Part shown: piece by piece, positions 21,476-31,775 of the stretch
Layout of the letters: the number at the start of each line of letters is the position of its first letter
Position numbering within the stretch: position 1 is the stretch's first letter
Source: a virus
Virus record (IMG/VR): IMGVR_UViG_3300032322_002195
Coordinates: 32,001 to 96,000 of that record
Reading direction: 5' to 3' (one strand)
Length of the DNA: 64,000 nucleotides
Made by a program: the position numbers and the translations under genes
The notes under the pieces: generated by a model
The model's input: only the letters and a program-made list of their open reading frames with translations
Databases searched by the model: none
Told to the model about the DNA's origin: nothing

Positions 21476-23061
21476 TATTTTTCAGCTTTTGGGTCTGGTT
21501 GAACGTTAGGCATTGGAAGAAAAGGTTTATTTTTTCTACTTGGTATGTTTGGTTCACTAGGTTTGGTTTCAGGTGTTACTTTAGGTTTGACAACTGGTTC
21601 AATAGTAGGCTCTATCATAATATCATCTTCTCTGAATGTTTCTCTTAACATATTTTTAATAATGTTTTTAGGTTCAAATATACTTAAATTTTCTGATATA
21701 GACAAGTTCTCGTTGCTCTTTTTCCCCCAACTTTTACCTTTTTTAGGTGTACCACATGCTGAAGGTGTTGGCCTACAAGCTGGATATTTTCTATTTTCAC
21801 CTTCTTTTCTACCACAAGGTTTGCATTTTTTCCTACCAGTTTTCTCATCTGTTCTACATGTGTTGCAATCTACCCAACCTTGTGATTTTCCTTCACCACC
21901 TTGTCTAGAAAACCACCCATGAAGACCCTGTTCTTTTTCTTTAGAAAAATCAGTCTTTTTAGACTCATTCATTTTTTCATCTTTGGCTAAAAATGCATCA
22001 ATCCACGCTTGCAATTCATGAACATCTGGCGCATATTCCTTTCCCTTTTTTCTAGTGATAGCACTATGAGCCAAATTAATTAATTCTTTGGTGTATTCTT
22101 CAGATTCATTTGTTTTTTTTCTACCTTGACAATGTGCTCTTTGGCTAAATCCTTTTGGATTGTTGCAATCTATGCTTCTTTTGTATTTTTCAGACCATTT
22201 TTCTTCAATTGAGGCTTCTTTCAAAACAGAGATATCGTCATAATCTGAATTTAAAATTTTTATTTGTGTGTTTTTAGCAATTACATTATGTTTATCATCA
22301 ACATAAATAAAAGGACTAGTCCATAAAATTAAATCCCCTAAATACATCACCATTTGGAAATGATTTGTTGGATTTTTAGATTTATTTTTAAACTCCACTT
22401 CTTCAACCCCACCAACTAAATCATTTGATATCTGATATAATAAATGACGAGCCACGTTTTCATTTATATCAGCCAAATTATCATCATAGTCAATTTTCCA
22501 CATAGGAATCCACTCTGTTTTCATTCTTTCATTGAATTTTTTGAATGGGATTTTATATGATTTTATTTTTTCAATTATTCCTTTTATTGTTTCATCTTCA
22601 GACTCATTGGTTTTATTTCCCCAATTAGCAGCACCGACCTTACGACATTGAACTAGCGAACCTGAACCGTAGGCACTTGGCCATACATCATATCTAGCTC
22701 TAACTTTATAATAACAAGCGTCTTTTTTACCTTTTTTCTTTTTTCCTTCTTCAATTGCTTCATAAACAACCAAATCATCATCAAACTTTGTTTCAATAAT
22801 TTCCACCATCAAATCACCAGAACCCTTAATAACTCTATGAAAAGTATTCTTAGGAATAAAAAATTCTTCATTAACATTTAATTTTTTTGGTAACTCATTG
22901 TCAAATTGTACCAACCAATCGTTTTCATTTAAAGGAATTACAATTCTGTCTTCTTTATCACGATGCCATACCAATTCATCACTTTCAACAAGATTTGAGA
23001 AAGTTCTTCTAATCACATTACCATTTTTTTCTTCACTATATGGTTTCATATTACTTTTCAT
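21475..23061 (-). CDS. modular protein: N-terminal cupin-like domain plus several small basic Cys-containing modules
   Basis: VWHRD...FHRVIKG cupin-like segment; modules separated by NES/IEE linkers. Confidence 0.7.
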   Translation of the reverse strand: MKSNMKPYSEEKNGNVIRRTFSNLVESDELVWHRDKEDRIVIPLNENDWLVQFDNELPKKLNVNEEFFIPKNTFHRVIKGSGDLMVEIIETKFDDDLVVYEAIEEGKKKKGKKDACYYKVRARYDVWPSAYGSGSLVQCRKVGAANWGNKTNESEDETIKGIIEKIKSYKIPFKKFNERMKTEWIPMWKIDYDDNLADINENVARHLLYQISNDLVGGVEEVEFKNKSKNPTNHFQMVMYLGDLILWTSPFIYVDDKHNVIAKNTQIKILNSDYDDISVLKEASIEEKWSEKYKRSIDCNNPKGFSQRAHCQGRKKTNESEEYTKELINLAHSAITRKKGKEYAPDVHELQAWIDAFLAKDEKMNESKKTDFSKEKEQGLHGWFSRQGGEGKSQGWVDCNTCRTDEKTGRKKCKPCGRKEGENRKYPACRPTPSACGTPKKGKSWGKKSNENLSISENLSIFEPKNIIKNMLRETFREDDIMIEPTIEPVVKPKVTPETKPSEPNIPSRKNKPFLPMPNVQPDPKAEK

Positions 23062-23503
23062 TTTTTTCTTGCCATTTATATGAAATAGAATCTTCTTTAA
23101 TAGGTCCTCCTTTAGCCCATGTTCTACAGCTTCTAGCCGAATGACACTTAAAATGATGCATCCAACAATACCCTAATCTTCCATCTTCATCAGAAACTGG
23201 CCCTGGCATGCAATCATCCATTCTCGGAGATATATCAAAAGCAACGCAATTTCCACATTTAGATTCCATAGCTGCTTCAACGCTAGTATTCCAATGGTCG
23301 GCTATCTTTTCCCAAAAATCAGCTGGTTCATCAACATTTAATGGACCATACTGAATATGTGGTTCGTTTATCGCAGCATCTCTATTTTTGGTGTTTAATT
23401 CCAAATCTTGAGTTGCTTCAGGACATTCCATTTCTGGTTTGCCCAAAAGTTGTCTGTTTTTACGTTCAATTAAACGTTGTTTTTGTTTTGATATTCTGTT
23501 CAT
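23051..23503 (-). CDS. Cys/His-rich hypothetical protein
   Basis: CGNC...C...GYCWMHHFKCHSARSC; likely start MNRISK at 23503. Confidence 0.7.
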   Translation of the reverse strand: MNRISKQKQRLIERKNRQLLGKPEMECPEATQDLELNTKNRDAAINEPHIQYGPLNVDEPADFWEKIADHWNTSVEAAMESKCGNCVAFDISPRMDDCMPGPVSDEDGRLGYCWMHHFKCHSARSCRTWAKGGPIKEDSISYKWQEKNEK

Positions 23504-23517
23504 AATTAATATTTTTT

Positions 23518-25059
23518 TTACCACCATGTACCACCACCAGCTAAACCTAATGATTTAGCATATCTTGGTAAACGACATGCCCAGTAGCCTGGAGATGTTC
23601 TATCAGTCTTTGAAGGACAGTTATGTCTATCAGAAAAAGCTTTTCTAGCTTTAGGGTCTCTTAATTTAACAGCCAAGTTACCACCACCAGATTTAGCACC
23701 GAAAGAAACTTTTTTAATGTTACCAGACTGAGGGTCTCTTACATAAACATAAAATTTCTTTGAACCACCTCTTTTAGGTTTACCTAGTTGAACTTTTTTA
23801 CCTTTGTACTTGGCTTCATTTAAAGTTCTATTATTCTCATAATTTTTTAAATCGCCAATAACAACATGTTTACCGTTTTCAGCATTATATTTAACTATAA
23901 GCGTTTCATTCCCTTTATCATCATCACCTATAAAATAGTTTACATTATCATTGCTCAAACTAAAATATAAATTTCTACCATAATCGTCTTCTTCACCTGT
24001 CATTACTTTATCCCCAGACGCTGATTCGATAGCTGATTTAATCCAGTCAAAACTCTCCTCAAACTCTTCATAAATAAAGTTCATTTTTATCTTCTTACCT
24101 TCAATTATGATATATTGATTATCAAATTCGTTAACAATAAAACCATCATTCTCATTAAGTTTGATTAAACCTTTTGAATATAAAGCTTTAACTTCTTTAA
24201 TTAAATTGAAAAATTTTTCAGAACCAATTCTATATATCGTTTCATTCAAAGGTATTTCATTTTCAATATGGTATTTTAAATCATCTGAAATTGGTGTTTC
24301 TGTATGCAATTCCATTGGTGCCGACCATTCATCTTCTGAATCTACGTGATAATCGTTCAATCTACCCTCAATAAAGTGATAAACTTCTTCAACATCATCA
24401 GCTGAAGTCGCTATGTGGTCCAAAGCCCAACCATGTCCATCTGATAATAAAGCATCAACCTCATCATAATTCATTTTTAATAATTCACCAGCAGCGTGAT
24501 GGATTGTTTTTAGATTTTGCCAAAACATGTAATTGTTTGATTCTCTTTCAATTGGATTGTGTGTTTTTTGATATTCAGCCTCTTCGCTACCTTCTGGCGC
24601 AAATATGCTTAATTTTTTAGGGTTTATTGTCATCATATTTTCTTCAATCCCCTCTTCTCCACCAAAATCTAAATTTTCATCATCCGATGGCTCTTCTGCT
24701 GGTTGCTCATCATCCATAGGCTCTTCCGCTGGTTGTTCATCATCCATAGGCTCTTCTGCTGGTTGCTCAGATGACATATCATCATCTTTACCAGAAGATT
24801 TAACTTTATTAATAATGTCTTTTTGGTCTTCAGCATCCATTTCAGACGTATGGGTAGCTGATAATAACGAGTTAATTGCAAATTTTTCTAATTCAAAATC
24901 TGGTTGACCTTGTTCCTCATTATATTTTCTGAGTGATTGACCTAACTTTCCAGTTAGTTGTTGGATAAATTTCTTTGGGTCTGATTCCTCGTCTGCCTCA
25001 ACACCAGCATCAAATGGCTCATCATCAAATGGTTTATCATTTGATTTAGGTTGCTCCAT
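23518..25059 (-). CDS. modular acidic/basic protein; probable C-terminal part of a -1 frameshift fusion with 25203-26111
   Basis: Frame stays open upstream to the A10 run at 25209-25218; EQPAEEPMDD repeats; C-terminal basic module ending PGYWACR. Confidence 0.75.
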   Translation of the reverse strand: MEQPKSNDKPFDDEPFDAGVEADEESDPKKFIQQLTGKLGQSLRKYNEEQGQPDFELEKFAINSLLSATHTSEMDAEDQKDIINKVKSSGKDDDMSSEQPAEEPMDDEQPAEEPMDDEQPAEEPSDDENLDFGGEEGIEENMMTINPKKLSIFAPEGSEEAEYQKTHNPIERESNNYMFWQNLKTIHHAAGELLKMNYDEVDALLSDGHGWALDHIATSADDVEEVYHFIEGRLNDYHVDSEDEWSAPMELHTETPISDDLKYHIENEIPLNETIYRIGSEKFFNLIKEVKALYSKGLIKLNENDGFIVNEFDNQYIIIEGKKIKMNFIYEEFEESFDWIKSAIESASGDKVMTGEEDDYGRNLYFSLSNDNVNYFIGDDDKGNETLIVKYNAENGKHVVIGDLKNYENNRTLNEAKYKGKKVQLGKPKRGGSKKFYVYVRDPQSGNIKKVSFGAKSGGGNLAVKLRDPKARKAFSDRHNCPSKTDRTSPGYWACRLPRYAKSLGLAGGGTWW

Positions 25060-25202
25060 AGGGGCGCTATCAACAGATGCTGGCTCTTCAGCTGGGGCTT
25101 CAGCTGGGGCTTCAGCTGGTTCTTCAACTGAAGCCTCTACATCTGGTTGACTAGACGCTGGTAACTTTAATTTGTATTTTGTTTCTTCGTCTAAATTACT
25201 TT

Positions 25203-26111
25203 TTAGACTTTTTTTTTTACTTCACCTTCGGTAAGTCTATCAATGATTGCGTCCATATTTTTAAGTGCGTTAAAAATACTTAGTTTGGATTCTTTAACCT
25301 CACTTTTTTTTGCACCAGCAATCTTATCAGCGTAAGTAATTTTGTCTTTTGGTTCAGCTAAAGCTGCAAATTCTTTTTCTTTTGCAGTCATTTCTTCGCC
25401 TTCTCCCATATCAATCATCTCATCAATAGCTTTTTCAGCTTCAGTCATTTCAACCTCATCCATATAAGCTTCTTCATACATAGATTCATACATAGATTCG
25501 TCCATTGCTTCATCCATCCCATTTTTTTTCTTAACGTCCATTACACATGCTTCATACTTGTCTTTGTTTTCTCTACCAACACTAGCTGTGCAAATAGCCC
25601 ATGGATTATTTTTCTTTTTTGCCTCATCCATATACATTTCATCCATAGGGGTGTTTTCTTCCAAATTTCCATGACCTGTAAACCCATTGCCTTTCATTTC
25701 AGAAAAACCACCAGCCATAGGCATGTTTTCAGTCAAAAGATTGTCATTTAAAAAAACATTTATTTCACCATCATAGTTATACGCTTCAGCAAGACTTCTG
25801 AACTTAAGATTCAAATGCTTTATAGCTTTTGCGTAAGAAGGATAAGCTTCTTGTTTTTTATTTTGTAAACCGCCAATATACTTGAAATCTTCAGCAACCA
25901 AATTTTTGATTTTATCAGATTTTTTAATATACCATTCGTGGTTTTCTCTTACAATAGCATAAGCATTCCCATCTGGTCCAACCTTTGTCAATTCCACTAC
26001 GATATTAGATTTGTTTTCATTGATTGGTTTTATCCCCATCAATTGTTTCATACGCTCATTTATTTCATGACCCTTTAACCCTATTGGATTAATTAGTATA
26101 TTTTTTTTCAT
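25203..26111 (-). CDS. hypothetical head-associated protein ending at a slippery site
   Basis: Ends GTA AAA AAA AAA GTC TAA. Confidence 0.75.
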   Translation of the reverse strand: MKKNILINPIGLKGHEINERMKQLMGIKPINENKSNIVVELTKVGPDGNAYAIVRENHEWYIKKSDKIKNLVAEDFKYIGGLQNKKQEAYPSYAKAIKHLNLKFRSLAEAYNYDGEINVFLNDNLLTENMPMAGGFSEMKGNGFTGHGNLEENTPMDEMYMDEAKKKNNPWAICTASVGRENKDKYEACVMDVKKKNGMDEAMDESMYESMYEEAYMDEVEMTEAEKAIDEMIDMGEGEEMTAKEKEFAALAEPKDKITYADKIAGAKKSEVKESKLSIFNALKNMDAIIDRLTEGEVKKKV

Positions 26112-26168
26112 ATTTTTAAGTCTATTTTTATCTTTTATTTTAAATAAATATCTTATCTTTTTTAAAAA

Positions 26169-26438
26169 TTATCTAACATCAGTGTCTCCATACCTATCAA
26201 CAACAGAGCTTCCTTGATAAACATCATTTTTATCACCCAAAAGAAAACATCCAGTCCCACCACTTATACTTCTTACCAAGATTGATACTGTTGATGAAGC
26301 ACCGACAGATACGCTGGTTCCGTTTACAACAACTGAGCACCCAGCATTTCCACCATATATCTCACTATATGTGTGTGCACTAAAAATAGGTGTTTGAGCA
26401 GGTACGATTATTGAATATACATTATTAAATTTTGGCAT
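26169..26438 (-). CDS. small beta-rich protein, possibly virion decoration
   Basis: 89 aa, Ser/Gly/Val-rich; TATTTATA motif upstream. Confidence 0.6.
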   Translation of the reverse strand: MPKFNNVYSIIVPAQTPIFSAHTYSEIYGGNAGCSVVVNGTSVSVGASSTVSILVRSISGGTGCFLLGDKNDVYQGSSVVDRYGDTDVR

Positions 26439-26533
26439 ATTTAAAATATTTTCTTATAAATATCTGTAAAAATAAAAAAGCACCTAAATTAGGTGCTTTT
26501 AAAAAATATCATACAATTATTTTTACAAAATGT

Positions 26534-27769
26534 TTAATTAGATAAAGGTAAATTTATTTTTGGGTGAGATTTATAATTTTCAAGGGTAAAATCTGTATTA
26601 TCTAAATGTGTTATTAAACTTAAATCCTCAGTTAACGATTTGAAAAAGGAATCCGTTTTACCAAAAATCAATTTTGGTAGTGGGTATGGTTCTCTAGTTC
26701 TTTTCGGAACGTTCAAATTATCAAATAAATCATGTGACGGAAAAGTTACGTTTAATAAACGTTTAGTGTCTTTTTCGTTTATTTCATACATCCGTTCAAT
26801 TCGCTCATCCAAAGTCAACTTCCTACCAATCTGTTCTTTTAACCCGTCTATATGATTTAAATATATATGACAATCACCTAAATTACCAATTAATTCGTCA
26901 GGAACCATGTTTACCATCTTCGCAATTATTTCTAATAGCAAACCATAACTAGCTATATTAAAAGGTAGACCAAGACCTGTATCCACTGAACGTTGATTCC
27001 ACATTAAAGAGATTGCTCTAGTTGGAATTTCACAATCATTCATTATTTTAATGTTCAAATCTTTTATATATGAATTTGTTTCAGTTCTAAAATTCTTAGT
27101 ATTGGGTTTAAATATATCGCATCTTTCTTCATAACTCAACTCTCTTGTATAAAATTGAAAAAAGTTATGACAAGGTGGAAGTACGCATTGGTCTAATTCT
27201 CCAACATTCCAAGCTGATACAAGAAGTCTCCTAGAATCTGGGTTTGTTTTAATTTCATTGATTAGGTTTGCGATTTGGTCTATCGAATATTCGTCATAGA
27301 CTCCATTCACTTTTGTATTACTCTCGTAACCAGTCCAATTTCTCCACTGCTTACCATAAATTGGACCTAATTCACCCCACTTTTTAGCAAACTCATCATC
27401 TGTTTTGATTTTGTTGATGAACTCTTCTTGAGATAACGGATTGATATAAATAGGTCCTTCACCAATAGGTTTCCAATTATTAAACCAATTCTTATATGCG
27501 TCACCCACCCAAATAGTATTACCTTGTTCTAACAACCATTTTAAATCAGTTCTACCTTGTAAAAACCAAAGCAACTCAGTTACTACTGATTTGAAATGAA
27601 TTTTCTTGGTTGTAAGCAATGGAAAGCCATCTTTCATAGAATGTCTTATCTGTCTACCGAATACAGATAGAGTGTCACCATTTCTTGTTTCTTTTTTAGT
27701 ACCATTATCAAGAATGTCTTGACATAGTGCTAAATAATCTTTATCTAATTTATTATTCATAACTTCCAT
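26534..27769 (-). CDS. thyA: thymidylate synthase with in-frame insertions
   Basis: FPLLTTKK, ELLWFL, LGPIYGKQWR, LPPCH and QRSVDTGLGLPFNIASY motifs. Confidence 0.96.
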   Translation of the reverse strand: MEVMNNKLDKDYLALCQDILDNGTKKETRNGDTLSVFGRQIRHSMKDGFPLLTTKKIHFKSVVTELLWFLQGRTDLKWLLEQGNTIWVGDAYKNWFNNWKPIGEGPIYINPLSQEEFINKIKTDDEFAKKWGELGPIYGKQWRNWTGYESNTKVNGVYDEYSIDQIANLINEIKTNPDSRRLLVSAWNVGELDQCVLPPCHNFFQFYTRELSYEERCDIFKPNTKNFRTETNSYIKDLNIKIMNDCEIPTRAISLMWNQRSVDTGLGLPFNIASYGLLLEIIAKMVNMVPDELIGNLGDCHIYLNHIDGLKEQIGRKLTLDERIERMYEINEKDTKRLLNVTFPSHDLFDNLNVPKRTREPYPLPKLIFGKTDSFFKSLTEDLSLITHLDNTDFTLENYKSHPKINLPLSN

Positions 27770-27800
27770 AATTTATTTTATTTTTATTTGTTTATTTATT

Positions 27801-28007
27801 TTAATAACTGTTAAGTTTTAATAGTTCGTCTTTCTCATATGATATTTCAAATTCTCTATAATTGGCACAATCATCTATTGAATTTAATTGATAAAGATAA
27901 TAATCATTTGTGTATACTGTGATTGAAATTATAATTTTAGGATTCTGTTCTTTATCGGTTTTGATATAAACATTGTCACCTATATTATATTTTGTATTAA
28001 TTTTCAT
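27801..28007 (-). CDS. hypothetical SH3/KOW-like small protein
   Basis: KYNIGDNVYIK start. Confidence 0.6.
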   Translation of the reverse strand: MKINTKYNIGDNVYIKTDKEQNPKIIISITVYTNDYYLYQLNSIDDCANYREFEISYEKDELLKLNSY

Positions 28008-28407
28008 AACTTTCTATTGTTTTATCGTTGTATGTTATTGTTATTAGTTTGGTTGGGGTTGTTGTGTAATATTCATTATCAAACTCAGGAGTATTGCTTT
28101 CATCATATTCCATTCCTGTCTCATAATTGTTTCCGAACCAAAGTTTATACCTTTCTGAATACGTTAAATTTCTTTCTTCAATTTTTAATCCCCAACTTTC
28201 AGAGAATTCTTTATTGGTTTTGATTCGGTAGATGAATTCTTCTTGAGTAAGAATAGTTAATGTTTCAGGATTACTAAACATCATATCAATATGAGGTTGT
28301 GAACCGATAATATCACCACATTCATAACCATCTTTAATCTCAGATGCATTAAGCAAAAAATTATTGTAAACTTCGTGAATAATCTGATTGTATTTATCTT
28401 TATTCAT
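27997..28407 (-). CDS. protein resembling the ThyA insertion segments
   Basis: LTQEEFIYRIKTNKEFSESWG matches ThyA LSQEEFINKIKTDDEFAKKWG. Confidence 0.65.
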   Translation of the reverse strand: MNKDKYNQIIHEVYNNFLLNASEIKDGYECGDIIGSQPHIDMMFSNPETLTILTQEEFIYRIKTNKEFSESWGLKIEERNLTYSERYKLWFGNNYETGMEYDESNTPEFDNEYYTTTPTKLITITYNDKTIESYEN

Positions 28408-28419
28408 AGTTTGCTACGG

Positions 28420-28899
28420 TTAATCGTTAGCAGATGTAGGCTCTGGGTTAGACGCTTTGTTGTATTCACCTATCCGAGCTTCAACTTTGTTCAACAAAGA
28501 AGCGTCAATTTTACCAGTTGAAATATAAGAACCAATCAATACGTTCATAGCCTCAAGCATTGTTTTGGTCTTAACTTCAGTTGAAACGCTATCCTCAGCT
28601 GCTTTCAATTCATCAACTTCTTTTAAGATTAAGGCCAAAGAAGCGTCACTTAATTTGTCAAGTTTTTCAAAAATTGTATATTTTTTCTTGATGTGAGCAT
28701 TAAAAACCGACCCGTTGCTATCAGCGGTTTCAAATCTCATGTAATCACTCGATGCAACATCAGGATACTTGTACTGACCACCATTATTGAAGATAACTGT
28801 TAGTTCTTTTGTTGCAGTATCATAAACTGAACCGCAAATAGTAGAAGACGAATACATCGCCTTAATTTTTCCGTTTTTTTCTTGTCTTTTAAGAATCAT
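28420..28899 (-). CDS. KTSC-domain protein
   Basis: SSTICGSVYD...ELTVIFNNGGQYKYPDV...ADSNGSVFNAHIK. Confidence 0.8.
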   Translation of the reverse strand: MILKRQEKNGKIKAMYSSSTICGSVYDTATKELTVIFNNGGQYKYPDVASSDYMRFETADSNGSVFNAHIKKKYTIFEKLDKLSDASLALILKEVDELKAAEDSVSTEVKTKTMLEAMNVLIGSYISTGKIDASLLNKVEARIGEYNKASNPEPTSAND

Positions 28900-28914
28900 T
28901 TTGTTTTAATTTAT

Positions 28915-29139
28915 TTATTGTGCATGTGTTTTGTAAGCTTCAATATCTTTTAATTGAAAAATTTTACCAGTGCTAGTCAACGAACCGTTTATTTCATCAC
29001 GCTCGTCAACCACAACGATAATGTAATCACCAGTTATCATAAGACCACAGTCATTAAAAGTTAACTTTATATTAGATAGATTATTTTTTTGACTTGCCTT
29101 AACAAGCAATTCAACTTTTCCAAATTTTGGGGCTGTCAT
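28915..29139 (-). CDS. hypothetical protein
   Basis: 74-aa ORF with a Bacteroidota-type promoter at about 29155. Confidence 0.6.
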   Translation of the reverse strand: MTAPKFGKVELLVKASQKNNLSNIKLTFNDCGLMITGDYIIVVVDERDEINGSLTSTGKIFQLKDIEAYKTHAQ

Positions 29140-29234
29140 TATTTACATTTTATACAAAGATACAAATATTTATTCATACAATCAAGTGTTGTAAGTTTAA
29201 AAATAATTTAGTATATTTGCCAAAAGCCGAACAG

Positions 29235-31733
29235 ATGAACAGAGATGTATATCCTAAAGTAAAGATTATTATTAACGAATCTATGAAAGAAGCTAAAACC
29301 TTCAATGATTCAAAAGTAAGACCAGAACATTTGGTTTTATCTATCTTAATGGATTATGATAATGAATGTGTTAAAGCGTTAAATTTTTTAAATGTAAATA
29401 CATCAGAATTATATGATAGATTATCTGACCACCTTAAAAGAAGCGATATAAATCCTAGAATAAATGTATATTTAAAAAAAACCATTCCATTTTCAGATGA
29501 AACAAAAGTTATCATAAAATCTTTGGATGAAGAATGTGAAAAATTAAATGACAATATGATTGATACGATTCATATTATGTTGGCCATTTTGATTAAAAAA
29601 AATGAAATAAGTGAAATGTTAAATGAATTTTATGGTGTTACATATGATAGTTTTAAAAATGTTATAAAAAATATGAAAGAAGAATACAACAACGCATATG
29701 AAGGTGACGAAATAAATGATGAGAATGAATCATTCAAAAAGAAACCAAAGCAAAATGATAACAAAAGTAAAACCCCAGTTTTAGATAATTTCTGTAGAGA
29801 CGTATCAAAGGCTGTTGAAAAGGGTGAAATAGACCCAGTTGTTGGGCGTACTGTTGAAATAAAACGTGTTTCACAAATTCTTTCTAGAAGAAAAAAGAAC
29901 AACCCAATTTTGATTGGTGAACCAGGCGTAGGTAAAACCGCTATTGTAGAAGGTCTGGCTCAATTAATAAAAGATGGTAACGCACCTAGAACACTAATTT
30001 ATAAAAGAATTTTTACATTAGATTTGGCTTCATTGGTTGCTGGTACAAAATATCGTGGACAATTTGAAGAGAGGATGAAAGCCGTTTTGGAAGAATGCAA
30101 GGCCAACCCAGATATAATTCTTTTTATTGATGAATTACACACTATTGTTGGTGCTGGAAATGCTTCTGGGTCATTAGACGCTTCAAACATATTCAAACCA
30201 GCTTTAGCACGTGGTGAAATACAAATTATTGGTGCTACCACATTGGATGAATATAGAGAAAATATTGAAAAAGATGGTGCGCTTACCAGACGCTTTCAAC
30301 AAGTATTGGTTGAAGAACCTACATTGGAAGAAACAAAAACCATTCTAATGAACATCAAAGAAAAATATGAGAAACACCATAAAGTAACTTATACTGAAGA
30401 AGCTATTGATGAATGTGTTAAACTATCAGCTAGATATATAATGGATAGGTCTATGCCAGATAAAGCAATTGATGTTTTGGATGAAGCTGGTGCAACAACA
30501 AATGTTGTTTTAGAAAAACCAGAAAAAATTAAAGAATTAGAAATAAAGAAAAATCAAATTTTAGAAAAGAAAAAAGAAGTTGTCTTAAAACAAAAGTATG
30601 AAGAAGCTGCTAAGCTTAGGGATGATGAAAGGAAAACTCTAGACCAACTTCAATTAGCTATGAATGAATGGAATGAGTCTTTAGATAAAAAAACAACTGT
30701 TGTTGGTGTTGAATTAATCTCTGAAGTTGTATCAATGATGACAGGAATTCCTTTAACAAAGATTTCAATTCAAGAAAGCAAAAGATTGATTAATCTAGAT
30801 AAAGAATTAACTGGTAAGATTATAGGTCAAGATGATGCTGTTATTAAAGTAGTTAAAGCAATTAAACGTAATAGAATTGGAATCAAAGATAAAAATAAAC
30901 CTGTTGGAACCTACATTTTCCTTGGTCCCAGCGGGGTTGGTAAAACTTTATTAGCAAAATTGTTGGCTGAACATGTCTATGGGGATTCTGATGCTCTTAT
31001 TAGAATGGATATGTCTGAATATATGGAAAAACATTCTGTTTCTAGAATGGTTGGAGCCCCTCCAGGTTACGTTGGTTATGAACAAGGTGGACAATTAACT
31101 GAAAAAGTTAGAAGAAAACCTCATTGTGTTATTCTATTCGATGAAATTGAAAAAGCACATGAGGACGTATTCAACCTACTTCTTCAACTACTAGATGAAG
31201 GTCACTTGACTGATGGTTTGGGTAGAAAGATTAATTTTAAAAATGCTTTGATAATAATGACATCAAACATCGGTGTTAAAGAAGTAAACTCTTTTGGTAA
31301 AACTTTAGGTTTTGAAACGGCTGCTTCTATTGTCAACGAAGAAAATAAAGCTCGTGATATCATTGAAAAAGCTTTGAAGAAAAAATTTAGACCAGAATTT
31401 TTAAACCGTATTGATGAAGCTATTATTTTCAGGGGTTTAACTGAAGAGGATATTCATAAAATAATTTATCTAGAAGTTGAAAGTTTAGAAAAAAGATTAA
31501 ATGAATTGAATTTTAAACTTAAAATAAGTAACGAAGCTGTTGAATTTTTAGCAAAACAAGGATACGATGAAGCTTATGGTGCTAGACCCTTGGCCAGAGC
31601 AATACAACACTATGTAGAAGACGCTATTGCGGATGAAATACTAAACGAAACAATAAAAGAAGGTGAAACAATTTCAATAGGTTTAGATAAAGAAAAAATA
31701 ACGATAAAATCAATAAAATCAAAAACAAAATAA
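29235..31733 (+). CDS. clpC: ATP-dependent Clp protease ATPase subunit
   Basis: Clp-N repeats, two AAA+ modules ([16 protein letters not shown]) and UVR motif [11 protein letters not shown]; likely ATG at 29235. Confidence 0.92.
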   Translation: MNRDVYPKVKIIINESMKEAKTFNDSKVRPEHLVLSILMDYDNECVKALNFLNVNTSELYDRLSDHLKRSDINPRINVYLKKTIPFSDETKVIIKSLDEECEKLNDNMIDTIHIMLAILIKKNEISEMLNEFYGVTYDSFKNVIKNMKEEYNNAYEGDEINDENESFKKKPKQNDNKSKTPVLDNFCRDVSKAVEKGEIDPVVGRTVEIKRVSQILSRRKKNNPILIGEPGVGKTAIVEGLAQLIKDGNAPRTLIYKRIFTLDLASLVAGTKYRGQFEERMKAVLEECKANPDIILFIDELHTIVGAGNASGSLDASNIFKPALARGEIQIIGATTLDEYRENIEKDGALTRRFQQVLVEEPTLEETKTILMNIKEKYEKHHKVTYTEEAIDECVKLSARYIMDRSMPDKAIDVLDEAGATTNVVLEKPEKIKELEIKKNQILEKKKEVVLKQKYEEAAKLRDDERKTLDQLQLAMNEWNESLDKKTTVVGVELISEVVSMMTGIPLTKISIQESKRLINLDKELTGKIIGQDDAVIKVVKAIKRNRIGIKDKNKPVGTYIFLGPSGVGKTLLAKLLAEHVYGDSDALIRMDMSEYMEKHSVSRMVGAPPGYVGYEQGGQLTEKVRRKPHCVILFDEIEKAHEDVFNLLLQLLDEGHLTDGLGRKINFKNALIIMTSNIGVKEVNSFGKTLGFETAASIVNEENKARDIIEKALKKKFRPEFLNRIDEAIIFRGLTEEDIHKIIYLEVESLEKRLNELNFKLKISNEAVEFLAKQGYDEAYGARPLARAIQHYVEDAIADEILNETIKEGETISIGLDKEKITIKSIKSKTK

Positions 31734-31775
31734 TTAAGGGCCAGAATTTTCTGGCTCTTTTTTATATTTATTGAT

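Noticed and set aside
8951-25000. Many antisense or alternate-frame ORFs over structural genes (e.g. 11425-11715, 14832-15200, 24605-24907)
   Set aside because: Shadows of low-complexity coding sequence, with no independent signals.
26534-27769. Intron or intein in thyA, or in the terminase and capsid genes
   Set aside because: The insertions are short and in frame, with no intein C/S...HN ends or homing-endonuclease motifs.
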